NCBI GenBank assembly: GCA_041674225.1
Contig: JBAYWG010000001.1
Location: 390,273 to 454,272 of the forward strand
Source: Minisyncoccota bacterium
GTDB taxonomy: Bacteria; Patescibacteriota; Minisyncoccia; Phycocordibacterales; JAACPR01
Reading direction: 5' to 3'
DNA: 64,000 nt
The notes beneath the pieces are model-generated. The model was given only the letters and a program-made list of their open reading frames with translations, was not told where the DNA came from and did no database searches. The position numbers and the translations under genes are program-made. Shown here in pieces: positions 17,793 through 26,714 of the stretch. How positions within the stretch are numbered: the first letter of the stretch is position 1; each line of letters starts with the position of its first letter.

Positions 17793-17924
17793 AGTAGACA
17801 TAGCCAAAGGAATTTTTAAATAGAATTTCTTTGGCTATGTCTACTGAGTGGTAGATGAGCTGCACATTGGTCCGTTTGTGAAAAACAAGGACTCGTCTGA
17901 CGAACGTATCGTCACCCCAGACTT
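17793..17924 (+). promoter_or_regulatory. Structured leader: long hairpin + pseudoknot + hairpin (copy C)
   Basis: Homolog of 8960-9094 with covariation. Confidence 0.7.
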
Positions 17925-18245
17925 ATGAGCAAGCACCACTATCGTAAACCTGCTGCTAAACCTGTGTGTCCTTGCGGACATGCTACGACCGATGCTCTCT
18001 GGGTGTTAGACATCCAAGGAGACCGACCTATCAGGGTTCATCGGCCATGCGGTCAGGCGATCTTGAAGAACGCGCCGAAAGGAACGCAGGGCAAAATTCG
18101 TCCTTCCCGCGAGCTCAAAGAGATTCACAAGAAGCAGAGGTACGAGCGCGAGCTCTCCTCCAGTTTCTGGAACTCCAAGCTTGAAGGTGTCAAAGGCAAG
18201 TCTTTACAAGACTTGGTGAAGACCGCTCCCGACAGGCAGTCCTGA
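17925..18245 (+). CDS. Small basic protein with putative Zn site
   Basis: CPCGH...HRPC; Lys/Arg-rich. Confidence 0.7.
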   Translation: MSKHHYRKPAAKPVCPCGHATTDALWVLDIQGDRPIRVHRPCGQAILKNAPKGTQGKIRPSRELKEIHKKQRYERELSSSFWNSKLEGVKGKSLQDLVKTAPDRQS

Positions 18246-18432
18246 TGGATTGGTTGAAACAAGTTTCTCTAGCTCTTTTCCTTTCAAAAAAGAGTCGCAC
18301 TGTCAGCGGATAATAATCAACCCCGCTAGACTAAGAGTTTGCAGATTTCTTAAATCTGCACTTACTTGAGCTTGCAACAAGATGTTGTTGGTTCATAGAG
18401 TGTTAGTTCTTTCAAAAACAAAACAAAAAAAT

Positions 18433-18780
18433 ATGATCATCTCAAATGCATTTTCACTCAACATGTTTGAAACCCTCGAAGGAGAAATTCTCAGCAGAGA
18501 GCTTAGTGTCACGGAAATCTCGAAAGAGCAGGCTGTTGAACTTTTAACAGACCCTGAGCTTGGAGGAGTAGATTCAGCTGTTGGACATGCCGACACTGCT
18601 GCGCTTTTTTCTACGATTCTCGGAATCGAGATCCCGTGTGAGCGCAAGACGATTCAACTCAACCCTGAAAATGGTTGGCTTATTGTCGGGCAGTATCATG
18701 GACCACGTCTTGAAGAAGGAAGTACTACACTTCCGGAGGGTGCCAGTATTCGCTGGTACGAAATCGAGATTAAGTCTTGA
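18433..18780 (+). CDS. DUF1874 / STIV B116-like (AcrIII-1/Crn2-type) ring nuclease family protein
   Basis: NAFSLNM, SAVGHADTA, IPCER, GPRLEEG match family motifs (SAIGH, NR, RLPEG); ATG at 18433 after an A-rich leader. Confidence 0.8.
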   Translation: MIISNAFSLNMFETLEGEILSRELSVTEISKEQAVELLTDPELGGVDSAVGHADTAALFSTILGIEIPCERKTIQLNPENGWLIVGQYHGPRLEEGSTTLPEGASIRWYEIEIKS

Positions 18781-18789
18781 GAGATTATT

Positions 18790-19077
18790 ATGAATTTGGA
18801 AGAAATTTCAAAGCTCTATGATGATCCTCAAGATGCAATGAGGATTTTACAAACATCTGTTGAAGGAAAACACAGATATTTCCGAAACGAGAAAGCTTTC
18901 GAAAGGTTTCTGAGAAAAGAACAAGACTCATATCAGCGTCGCAAGACTGCTGGTGTTTCAAGTCCGGTTTCACTTCTTGAGAATACTCTCGACTCTTCTC
19001 CTTTAAGGAACGAAACTTTGCCCCCGGGCAGTAATGGTTTCAATGTGATTATCTGGCAGGAAACTTCCAAAGGATAA
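18790..19077 (+). CDS. Hypothetical protein
   Basis: 95-aa ORF 9 nt after the previous stop. Confidence 0.6.
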   Translation: MNLEEISKLYDDPQDAMRILQTSVEGKHRYFRNEKAFERFLRKEQDSYQRRKTAGVSSPVSLLENTLDSSPLRNETLPPGSNGFNVIIWQETSKG

Positions 19078-19126
19078 TCATTGAACCCTGCAATAAAATG
19101 TAGGGTTTTTTCTTTAAATTTATACA

Positions 19127-19159
19127 AAGCAAAAAGCCGGCGGAGCCGGCTTTTTGCTT
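19127..19159. terminator. Bidirectional intrinsic terminator
   Basis: AAGCAAAAAGCCGGC-GGA-GCCGGCTTTTTGCTT between convergent genes. Confidence 0.85.
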
Positions 19160-19229
19160 ATTTACTTAAAATTCTGTGAAGATAAATTTAATAACTTAAA
19201 ATTTAACCGTTTTGAACTTGTACGTATAT

Positions 19230-19502
19230 TTATTTAACAGCTTCTTTCAAAGCTTTTGCAGCTCTAAACTTTGGAGTTTTCATAGCTGGAACTTTGATAG
19301 CTTCACCTGTTCTTGGGTTTCTAGCTGTTCGGGCTGCTCGTGTTTTAGCTTCAAAAATACCGAATCCTGCAACTGAAACTTCTTCTCCAGATGTTAAAGA
19401 TTTGATAATTGAATCAAAAACAGCGTCAACAACCTTTTCTGCTTCTACCTTTGTTGTACCTAATACTTCATGTACCTTTTCTACAATGGCTGCTTTATTC
19501 AT
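19230..19502 (-). CDS. hup: DNA-binding protein HU
   Basis: MNKAAIV..GFGIF..RAARTARNPRTGEAIKVPA..PKFRAAKALK. Confidence 0.97.
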   Translation of the reverse strand: MNKAAIVEKVHEVLGTTKVEAEKVVDAVFDSIIKSLTSGEEVSVAGFGIFEAKTRAARTARNPRTGEAIKVPAMKTPKFRAAKALKEAVK

Positions 19503-19659
19503 ATATGTTGGTTGTATTAATCAATCCGTAAAAAACGGGTTTGTTAACCGATAACCGCTTAAAACGACTTTGTTATTAAGCTGGAAATAATTATATAAAA
19601 CAAGGGTTTTATAGCAATAGAGCCACGAGTACACCTTGTTTATAACTTTTTGTCAAAAA

Positions 19660-21156
19660 TTATCTTGCAACTTCAATAACTCTGTTTTCTCGTATCACTG
19701 TAACCTTGATTTCCCCAGGGTATTTTAGGTCTTTTTCTATTTTCAGGGCTATATTCCTAGCTAAATTACGCGCTTCTAAATCTGAAATTTCTTCAGGATT
19801 TACAAAAATTCTTATTTCACGTCCTGCTTGTAGGGCGTAAGATTTTTCTACTCCTTTAAATTCATTGGCTATAGCTTCCAAATCATTTAAGCGTTTTAAG
19901 TAGTTTTCTGTGTTATCTCTTCTGGCTCCTGGACGACTTCCAGAAATAGAATCCGCAACTTGAACGATAATTGATTCAGGTGTTTCATAAGGGTATTCTT
20001 CGTGATGTGCTTGCATAGCTTTTACAACAGATTCATCTGCTCCAAATTTTTGTAAAATTCTGCGCCCGATTTCTACGTGAGTTCCGGCAATTTCGTGATC
20101 AACTGCTTTTCCAATATCGTGAAGAAGTGCACCAGCTTTGGCTACTCGCACATCTGCACCTATTTCTTCAGCAATCATTCCTGCAATGTGAGACATTTCG
20201 ATTGAGTGTTGCAAAACATTGTGACCATAACTCGTTCGAAAGTGAAGTCTTCCTAAAATAGAAATAATTCGTGGGTCTAAATTAAAAATCCCACATTCAT
20301 AAGCGGCTTGTTCTCCTTTTTCAATGATTATTTTATTTATAGATTTCTTTGCTTTTTCAACGCATTCTTCGATTTTTGCAGGTTGAATTCGTCCATCTAG
20401 AACTAATTGTTCCAAAGCTATTTTTGCAATTTCACGACGAACTGGATCAAAAGAAGAAATTGAGATTGTCGCTGGTGTATCATCAATAATTAATTCAACA
20501 CCAGTAGCTCTTTCAAAACTTTTTATGTTTCGACCTTCTTTTCCAATGATTTTTCCTTTTATTTCGTCAGAAGGAAGAGTGACACTGCTAGAAAAAATAT
20601 CTGAAGATACAGAGTTCCCAAGTCGGTGGATAGCTGTGGTTATAATATCGCGAGCTTTTGCTTCCAATTTTTCTTTTCCACTGATATCCATTTTTTGTAA
20701 ACGAATCAAAATATCTTCGGATTGTTCTTTTTCAAGATTTTCAATTAGTTCTTTTTTAGCATCTTCTTTTGAAATTTCTGCAATTTTTTCTATAGAATCA
20801 ATTCTTTCTTTTTCAAGTTTCTTTAATCTGTCTTCAATTTCTTCAATTTGAGTCTCTTTTATTTTAATCTCTTCCGACAATTCATCCAAATCAGTCTGTC
20901 TTTTGTCTAGATAACTTTCTTTATTTATCAGTCTAGCTTCTGTTTTCTCTACTTTTTCTTCAAATTCAATAGCTGTGTCTTTGGCTTCTTTAATAATATT
21001 CTGAGCTTCCTCTCGTGCTGAGACCATCATTTCCTTTATTTCTAGCTCCATTGAGCCTCTTTTACCCAGAGAAATTATGAATCGCAAAAACCATCCCAGA
21101 GCTATTCCGGCTAATCCTGCTGCCATTGCTATTATTAATACTATTAGTAGAGACAT
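19660..21156 (-). CDS. rny: Ribonuclease Y
   Basis: N-terminal TM, coiled coil, KH (KGKIIGKEGRNI), HD (LLHDIGK). Confidence 0.96.
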   Translation of the reverse strand: MSLLIVLIIAMAAGLAGIALGWFLRFIISLGKRGSMELEIKEMMVSAREEAQNIIKEAKDTAIEFEEKVEKTEARLINKESYLDKRQTDLDELSEEIKIKETQIEEIEDRLKKLEKERIDSIEKIAEISKEDAKKELIENLEKEQSEDILIRLQKMDISGKEKLEAKARDIITTAIHRLGNSVSSDIFSSSVTLPSDEIKGKIIGKEGRNIKSFERATGVELIIDDTPATISISSFDPVRREIAKIALEQLVLDGRIQPAKIEECVEKAKKSINKIIIEKGEQAAYECGIFNLDPRIISILGRLHFRTSYGHNVLQHSIEMSHIAGMIAEEIGADVRVAKAGALLHDIGKAVDHEIAGTHVEIGRRILQKFGADESVVKAMQAHHEEYPYETPESIIVQVADSISGSRPGARRDNTENYLKRLNDLEAIANEFKGVEKSYALQAGREIRIFVNPEEISDLEARNLARNIALKIEKDLKYPGEIKVTVIRENRVIEVAR

Positions 21157-21242
21157 GATTTTTAGCGCCAAAACCCAGAAATCTGCTTGGCGACTTCATC
21201 ATAGAGAAAGGGGTGGTGTTTTGCAAGAAAAAGAAAAAGGAG

Positions 21243-21462
21243 CCCAACCCCCTAAGAATTTTTGTTCTCAAACAAAACAAGTTAATTTCGGGTGGACTCC
21301 TGTCCTGCTTCCCAATCTTTTCCCGTAAGAACAAACGCGTTGCAGAACAAATGTGTTCTGAACATATTGCTACAAAGCGACGCTGCTATTTGACGTTGCG
21401 GGAGAGCAGTCGTATGGCTTTATAATTCTCACCAGCAAAGGAGGAGCTGGCTGGGGGTTGGG
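21243..21462 (-). ncRNA. Probable 6S RNA-like rod-shaped ncRNA
   Basis: 220-nt span closed by CCCAACCCC/GGGGUUGGG, apical CAGAAC..GUUCUG hairpin, directly upstream of rny (known 6S synteny); promoter TTGACA-17-TAGAAT at 21563-21535. Confidence 0.55.
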
Positions 21463-21577
21463 GGAGGGGGATTTTTTAAGGATTACTCCTTAAATTGTAT
21501 AAAGATAAAGAACAGAAACTAAATTTCTGCGCATATTCTAACCTTTCTGTATTAGTGTGTCAATACCAGATTTGAGA

Positions 21578-22153
21578 TTATTTACCTAAAACTTTATCAA
21601 TCAATCCATATTTTTTAGCCTCTTCAGCAGACATGAAATAATCTCTGTCAGAATCTTTTTCAATTTGTGCTGTTGTTTTTCCTGAAGCTTCTGCAAGAAT
21701 TTTATAAAGATTATCTCGTAGTTTTAGAATTTGTTTTGCTGTTATTACAATATCTGATGCTTGTCCAGAAATTCCTCCCATTGGTTGGTGGATCATGATT
21801 TCAGAGTTGGGTAGGGCAAATCTTTTTCCTTTATCTCCTGCTGCAAGAATAACTGCCCCCATAGAAGCTGCGATACCAACACAAACTGTGGCGATAGGAT
21901 TTTTGATATGTCTCATTGTATCGATGATGGCTAGACCGGCTGTAATAGACCCCCCGGGAGAGTTAATGTATAGCTTCACTTCTTTCTTAGGATCTTCTGA
22001 TTGAACGAAAAGAAGTTGAGCTACTATCAAATTGGCCATGTAGTCGTCTATTTCTCCACCAACAAAAATAATATTTTCTTTTAATAGTCGTGAATAAATG
22101 TCGTATGCTCTTTCGCCAAATTGGCTTTTGTCGATTACTGTTGGAATTATCAT
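21578..22153 (-). CDS. clpP: ATP-dependent Clp protease proteolytic subunit
   Basis: [25 protein letters not shown]. Confidence 0.97.
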   Translation of the reverse strand: MIIPTVIDKSQFGERAYDIYSRLLKENIIFVGGEIDDYMANLIVAQLLFVQSEDPKKEVKLYINSPGGSITAGLAIIDTMRHIKNPIATVCVGIAASMGAVILAAGDKGKRFALPNSEIMIHQPMGGISGQASDIVITAKQILKLRDNLYKILAEASGKTTAQIEKDSDRDYFMSAEEAKKYGLIDKVLGK

Positions 22154-22186
22154 AGGGTTTGAATATAACAGTTTTTTTAATTGATG

Positions 22187-22669
22187 TTAAGAGGCTAGTT
22201 TATCTAGAAAATCTTTTTTATCTTTTTCATTTTTTAAAATAATAGCTTCAGCCGGAGCTTCTAAATGTTCGATTGATCTATTAAAGTTTTCATCGCTCAC
22301 TTCATGATGTGTTTTGTCTATTAAACTTTGAGCTCTCCTTCTTTTTATTTCTTCAAGAGGAACTTCCAAATAAATTATTATTGGTTCTGCATTATTTTCT
22401 TTTGCTAAATTTATAAAAATTTCTCGGGTTGCTGGATGGGTGTTTGTGCTGTCGTAAATAACAGAAATATTGTTTTGCAGATTTTCTTTAATTTTATTTT
22501 TACAATCTTCTAATGCAGTTTCATAATTTAATTCAAAATTTGTTTTAGATAGCTCCACCCAATTTTTATCAAAGCTAATTAATTTTGCCCCGATTTTATT
22601 TTCAATCTCTTTTGATAAAAGTGACTTGCCTGCGAAAGGGAGTCCACAAAGTATATAAAGTTTTTTCAT
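22187..22669 (-). CDS. P-loop kinase (AAA_33 family)
   Basis: LCGLPFAGKS, IYDSTN. Confidence 0.85.
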   Translation of the reverse strand: MKKLYILCGLPFAGKSLLSKEIENKIGAKLISFDKNWVELSKTNFELNYETALEDCKNKIKENLQNNISVIYDSTNTHPATREIFINLAKENNAEPIIIYLEVPLEEIKRRRAQSLIDKTHHEVSDENFNRSIEHLEAPAEAIILKNEKDKKDFLDKLAS

Positions 22670-22755
22670 GAAATTTATTATAGATTGTTTCTGTTAAAAC
22701 CATACTTTGACAAAACGTTGTTTTATTGTAGTATGTTTTTGGAAAGGACTTTAAT

Positions 22756-23247
22756 ATGCAAGTAGAAAAAATTGGTAAAGATCGTCGGATAATTACTCTG
22801 AGCAGTTCTGACACTTTACTTAAAGCTTCAGAACTCGAAAGACAAATTAAGAAATTTGCTGAAGAGATTTTTTTCGTAATTCAATACGAGAACTGTAATT
22901 TGGAGGTGAGAAGATTTCTTACTCCTGTCATTCTTCGTCTTCAGATGAAATGGATTCTTACACAGAATGGAGTGATTCATGTGTCAGTTCCTCATGAGGG
23001 TTTCTATCAATATTTCCTCGGAGTTAACTGGGAAGATTTTTATGATGAAATTGAGATAGATGATGCTGCAAAAATAATCGACAAAAGAATTGATCATATT
23101 TTTGCAGTGATGCGTGGCAGAGGAAGAAAATTTTCGACAGTCAGATTGTTGGAAATTCCATCAGAAGGACGTCTTGATTTTTCTCTTTGTGCTATCAACA
23201 ATCCAAACTACAATGACCCGGGTTTAATCCCATGGAGTTGGCTTTAA
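22756..23247 (+). CDS. Hypothetical protein
   Basis: 163 aa; own TTGACA..TAGTAT promoter at 22707-22734. Confidence 0.65.
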   Translation: MQVEKIGKDRRIITLSSSDTLLKASELERQIKKFAEEIFFVIQYENCNLEVRRFLTPVILRLQMKWILTQNGVIHVSVPHEGFYQYFLGVNWEDFYDEIEIDDAAKIIDKRIDHIFAVMRGRGRKFSTVRLLEIPSEGRLDFSLCAINNPNYNDPGLIPWSWL

Positions 23248-23286
23248 GCCTCTCCTTTTTATTTATTAAATTATTAAAAAATTATT

Positions 23287-23991
23287 ATGAAAATACACAG
23301 ATTTTTTTTAGAGACAAAAATTGGAAATCAAGACAAAGTAAAAATTGTTGATCCAAACTTGGTACATCAGATTAAAGATGTACTGCGATTTAATGGTGGA
23401 GAGGAAGTGGTTCTTCTAGACGGGACTGGGATAGAATTTTTTGGACGAATTGAATCTGTGTCAAAAAAAGATGTTGTCGTGTTCAAGGAGAAAGTTAAAA
23501 AAGCTTCAAAAAGTGAAAGTGAAAAAATAGAAGTTCACCTTTTTGCTGCGATCACAAAGAAGGATAAATTTGAGTGGGTTTTGCAAAAAGCTACTGAGAT
23601 TGGAGTGTCGAGAATTACTCCGATTATTTCTGAGAGGACAGAAAAAAATAAATTGAATATGGATCGAGCAGATAAAATTGTGCGAGAAGCTGCGGAACAA
23701 TCTGAGAGAAAAGATTTACCTTTTGTGGATGAGCCGGTGAAACTTTCTATCGCACTAAAAGTTTCTGAAGAGACTCCTTTGATTTTAGATATAAATGCTC
23801 CAAAAATTGATTTGCAAAAAATTCGTGAGAATAAAAAACTTTGCATCTTTGTTGGGCCCGAAGGAGGATGGAGTCAACGAGATCGAGAACTTTTTGATAA
23901 AAGAAAAGTTGAATATGTTTCACTTGGAAAAAATGTTTTGCGCGCAGAAACAGCATCTGTTGCCATCGCCTCTGTTTTGTTATTGGGATAA
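23287..23991 (+). CDS. rsmE: 16S rRNA m3U1498 methyltransferase
   Basis: QIKDVLR, KATEIGV, EAAEQS, VGPEGGW, LRAETA. Confidence 0.95.
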   Translation: MKIHRFFLETKIGNQDKVKIVDPNLVHQIKDVLRFNGGEEVVLLDGTGIEFFGRIESVSKKDVVVFKEKVKKASKSESEKIEVHLFAAITKKDKFEWVLQKATEIGVSRITPIISERTEKNKLNMDRADKIVREAAEQSERKDLPFVDEPVKLSIALKVSEETPLILDINAPKIDLQKIRENKKLCIFVGPEGGWSQRDRELFDKRKVEYVSLGKNVLRAETASVAIASVLLLG

Positions 23992-24042
23992 TTGATCAGA
24001 GTTATTCAGTGGAATCTGTGTGAAACTTCGTAAGGTGTTACA

Positions 24043-24097
24043 CAAAAAATAAAAGACTCACATTCGACAATGCCGAATGTGAGTCTTTTATTTTTTG
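24043..24097. terminator. Bidirectional terminator
   Basis: Long inverted repeat flanked by A/T tracts between rsmE and tig. Confidence 0.8.
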
Positions 24098-24106
24098 TAT
24101 TGCAGT

Positions 24107-25147
24107 TTAAAGTGTCTCTAACATTTTAAAAACAGCTTCGTTTGTTAATACATTTTCAACATAAAGCTTTGCGTGTGCTTCGTTGATACTCGGGTCGTGT
24201 TCTTTGATGTGATGAAGTTCATGTTCGATTTCTTTTTCATCAATCTTTATTTTTTCTGCTTCTGCGATTTTTGGTAATACCAAATTCATCTTTACTCGTT
24301 TCACAGCATCTGGTCTCCACTCGTTTTTCAAATCTTCTTCAGTCTTTTTTATTTGAGCAAGATATTCCTCTGGATTCATTTTGAATTGTTCGATGTCGTG
24401 TTTGAATTTTCCAAACATTCTTTCAAGTTCTTGGACGATAAGTGGTTCAGGAATTTCGGCAGCAACATTTTCGACGATTGATTCAATGATCTTTATTCGA
24501 TGAGTTTCTGTTGCTCGCATCTTTTTTTCTTCCAACATGTTTTCTTTTAGTTTTGTTTTGAACTCATCAACTGTTTTAAAATCTCCGAGTGTTTTTACAA
24601 ACTCATCATCGAACGCAGGAAGTTCTAAATTTTCCATATCAACTTTTTTTCCTTCAGACATCGCCACTCCTTGAGCTCGCTGTTTTTGGATGTACTGGAT
24701 GTACTCTTCAACTTCTGATTCTTTCAATTCAACTTCTTCTTTTTTAATTTTTGATGCGAGAGTTTTGTAGTCGGGAAGAGTGATCACTGGCATTGATGTC
24801 ACATTCATTTTGAACACAAGAGGATTGTCGGCTGCAATTTTTGTAACGTTAATATTTGGAAAAGTTAAAGCTTCGATTTTTTCTGTTGCTAATACGATTG
24901 GGATAATATTGTAAACTGCTCGGTAAGCTGATTTTTCTAACACCATCATTTCTCCAACTTTTTGAACAATGATTTTTTCTGGAGCTGTTCCTTTTCTAAA
25001 ACCATCCACTTCGATTTCATTTGAAATCTCTTTTACAGCATCTTGTCGGAATCCCTGTACGACTTCAAAAGGCACCTCGATTTCTAGTTCAATTTGTCCA
25101 GCTGATAAATTCTCTCTGTTTAATATTTTATATTTTTCATTTGTCAT
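24107..25147 (-). CDS. tig: Trigger factor (short form, PPIase domain largely absent)
   Basis: DGFRKGTAP ribosome-binding loop, LPDYK, LPAFDDEF; 346 aa. Confidence 0.9.
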   Translation of the reverse strand: MTNEKYKILNRENLSAGQIELEIEVPFEVVQGFRQDAVKEISNEIEVDGFRKGTAPEKIIVQKVGEMMVLEKSAYRAVYNIIPIVLATEKIEALTFPNINVTKIAADNPLVFKMNVTSMPVITLPDYKTLASKIKKEEVELKESEVEEYIQYIQKQRAQGVAMSEGKKVDMENLELPAFDDEFVKTLGDFKTVDEFKTKLKENMLEEKKMRATETHRIKIIESIVENVAAEIPEPLIVQELERMFGKFKHDIEQFKMNPEEYLAQIKKTEEDLKNEWRPDAVKRVKMNLVLPKIAEAEKIKIDEKEIEHELHHIKEHDPSINEAHAKLYVENVLTNEAVFKMLETL

Positions 25148-25226
25148 AAGTAGGCCGAGTTTACACTAAAAATAAAAAATAAAAAAGGCGCGCCGGCGGA
25201 GCCGGCGCACCTCTCTTTTTCACTAA

Positions 25227-25517
25227 CTAAATTTGAAATTCCGCTTCGATTGATTTCAATTCTTCTTCCATATCTTCTACTTCAGTTGAATTTAATTCTG
25301 CTTCGATGTCTGTGATCTCATCAGACTCATTTACTGTTTCTGTTTGAGTTGTTTCTGGATTTTCAACTTCAACATTTACTTTTTCTTTGATTGTAGAAAA
25401 AAGATAGAAAGCTCCCAAGATGATGATAAGGATTATTATCACTGAACCAACTAGAGGACCTACTTTGTCACCAGACTTTGTATTTTTTGTTTCAAAATTT
25501 TGTGTCTCGTTTTCCAT
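25227..25517 (-). CDS. Small single-pass membrane protein with acidic tail
   Basis: GPLVGSVIIILIIILGAFYL TM segment. Confidence 0.75.
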   Translation of the reverse strand: MENETQNFETKNTKSGDKVGPLVGSVIIILIIILGAFYLFSTIKEKVNVEVENPETTQTETVNESDEITDIEAELNSTEVEDMEEELKSIEAEFQI

Positions 25518-25534
25518 AAAAGTTTTTCTTAATT

Positions 25535-26068
25535 TTATTTAATAACTTCCACCACTTCTACCAAAGAAGTTTTTGTAGATTTCAAACTCTCTACGATTTC
25601 TTTAACAAGTGTTTTAATTCCTTCAAAACGAATTTCTTCTCCGCTTTCAACTAAATTTTCAATTTCTGTTTTTGTAGATTCAATCAAATCTTTTGAATCA
25701 TTAATCAAATTTTTTGCTTCTTCTAATTTTGTTTTTGCTTCACTAAGATCTTTATCTGTTTCAGATTCAATCTTTTCAATTCTTGATTCAATTTTTTCCG
25801 CAAGCTTTTCTAAACGAGCTACTGTTCTATCAAATCTTTCAAAAACGTTATCTACTTTTTTAGAAAAAGTTTCTTTTCGTTTTTCTGTAAATCTTGCTTT
25901 TATCTCTTCTTTTTTTACAGATAAGTTTTCCCTTATCTCTTGTCTTTTTTGTTCTCTGTTTTCGACTCTGTCTTCGATGCAATTCTCTCTTTCATCAGCT
26001 TGCACTGGAAGTGCTGATACTAATGCAAACGCAACTAATAAAAATGTAATAAATTTGTATTTCTTCAT
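25535..26068 (-). CDS. Secreted coiled-coil protein
   Basis: Signal peptide (..ALPVQA) + E/K-rich helices. Confidence 0.75.
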   Translation of the reverse strand: MKKYKFITFLLVAFALVSALPVQADERENCIEDRVENREQKRQEIRENLSVKKEEIKARFTEKRKETFSKKVDNVFERFDRTVARLEKLAEKIESRIEKIESETDKDLSEAKTKLEEAKNLINDSKDLIESTKTEIENLVESGEEIRFEGIKTLVKEIVESLKSTKTSLVEVVEVIK

Positions 26069-26110
26069 AATAATTAATCCTTATCTGATAACCTATTAAT
26101 TTTAGCACGA

Positions 26111-26143
26111 AAGAAAAAACCCGCCTTCGGCGGGTTTTTTCTT
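26111..26143 (-). terminator. Intrinsic terminator after ppa
   Basis: AAAAACCCGCC-TTC-GGCGGGTTTTT. Confidence 0.8.
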
Positions 26144-26152
26144 TCTTAATCT

Positions 26153-26701
26153 TTATTTATTTTTCTCTTTATACTCCGCGTACATTTGTATAGATTTCTC
26201 TACAGCTTCTTTCGCTTCTTTACTATCTCCGATTCCTTGAATATCTACCACGTGAGCATCTGAGTCACTCTTCAAACTTTTATAAGTTTCAAAGAAGTGA
26301 GTGATTTCTTTTAGTTGATGAGGGTTAACATCTTTTATGTCTTTTACATTTTCCCAGCGTCTATCTTTTACAGGAACTGCAATCACTTTAAAATCTGATT
26401 CTCCATCGTCAATCATTCGAATCACTGCCACAGGTCGAACTTTTACAACAATTCCAACATTCAGTGGCCATGTTGTAAGAACTACAACATCAAGCGCATC
26501 ATTGTCTTCCCAAAGTGTTTGAGGTGCAAAACCATAATCAACTGGATAAGGAGCTGTTGAGTAGTTTGCTCTATCAAGCGCAATTAAACCAGTTTCTTTA
26601 TCAATCTCATATTTATTGTTTGATCCTTTTGGAATCTCAATAATTACGTTAAATTCTTCTGGTGCTTTGTCTCCTAAAGGAACATCATGCCAAAGGTTCA
26701 T
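26153..26701 (-). CDS. ppa: Inorganic pyrophosphatase (family I)
   Basis: EIPKGS..KYE, DYGF.PQT, EDNDALDV, FFETYK. Confidence 0.95.
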   Translation of the reverse strand: MNLWHDVPLGDKAPEEFNVIIEIPKGSNNKYEIDKETGLIALDRANYSTAPYPVDYGFAPQTLWEDNDALDVVVLTTWPLNVGIVVKVRPVAVIRMIDDGESDFKVIAVPVKDRRWENVKDIKDVNPHQLKEITHFFETYKSLKSDSDAHVVDIQGIGDSKEAKEAVEKSIQMYAEYKEKNK

Positions 26702-26714
26702 ATTTTTAATTAAA

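Larger units (their letters stand above)
15890..17924 (+). ncRNA. Long (~2 kb) modular structured non-coding transcript
   Basis: No credible ORF; dense hairpins and tetraloops; two hammerheads; repeated CTTTAAATAAAAATAA + long-stem punctuation. Confidence 0.75.

Noticed and set aside
7616-19159. Prophage or integrative element at tRNA-Gly
   Set aside because: No integrase, structural genes or duplicated tRNA 3' end seen
24107-25147. Trigger factor as a pseudogene
   Set aside because: Intact ORF with N- and C-terminal domains; loss of the PPIase domain is compatible with function
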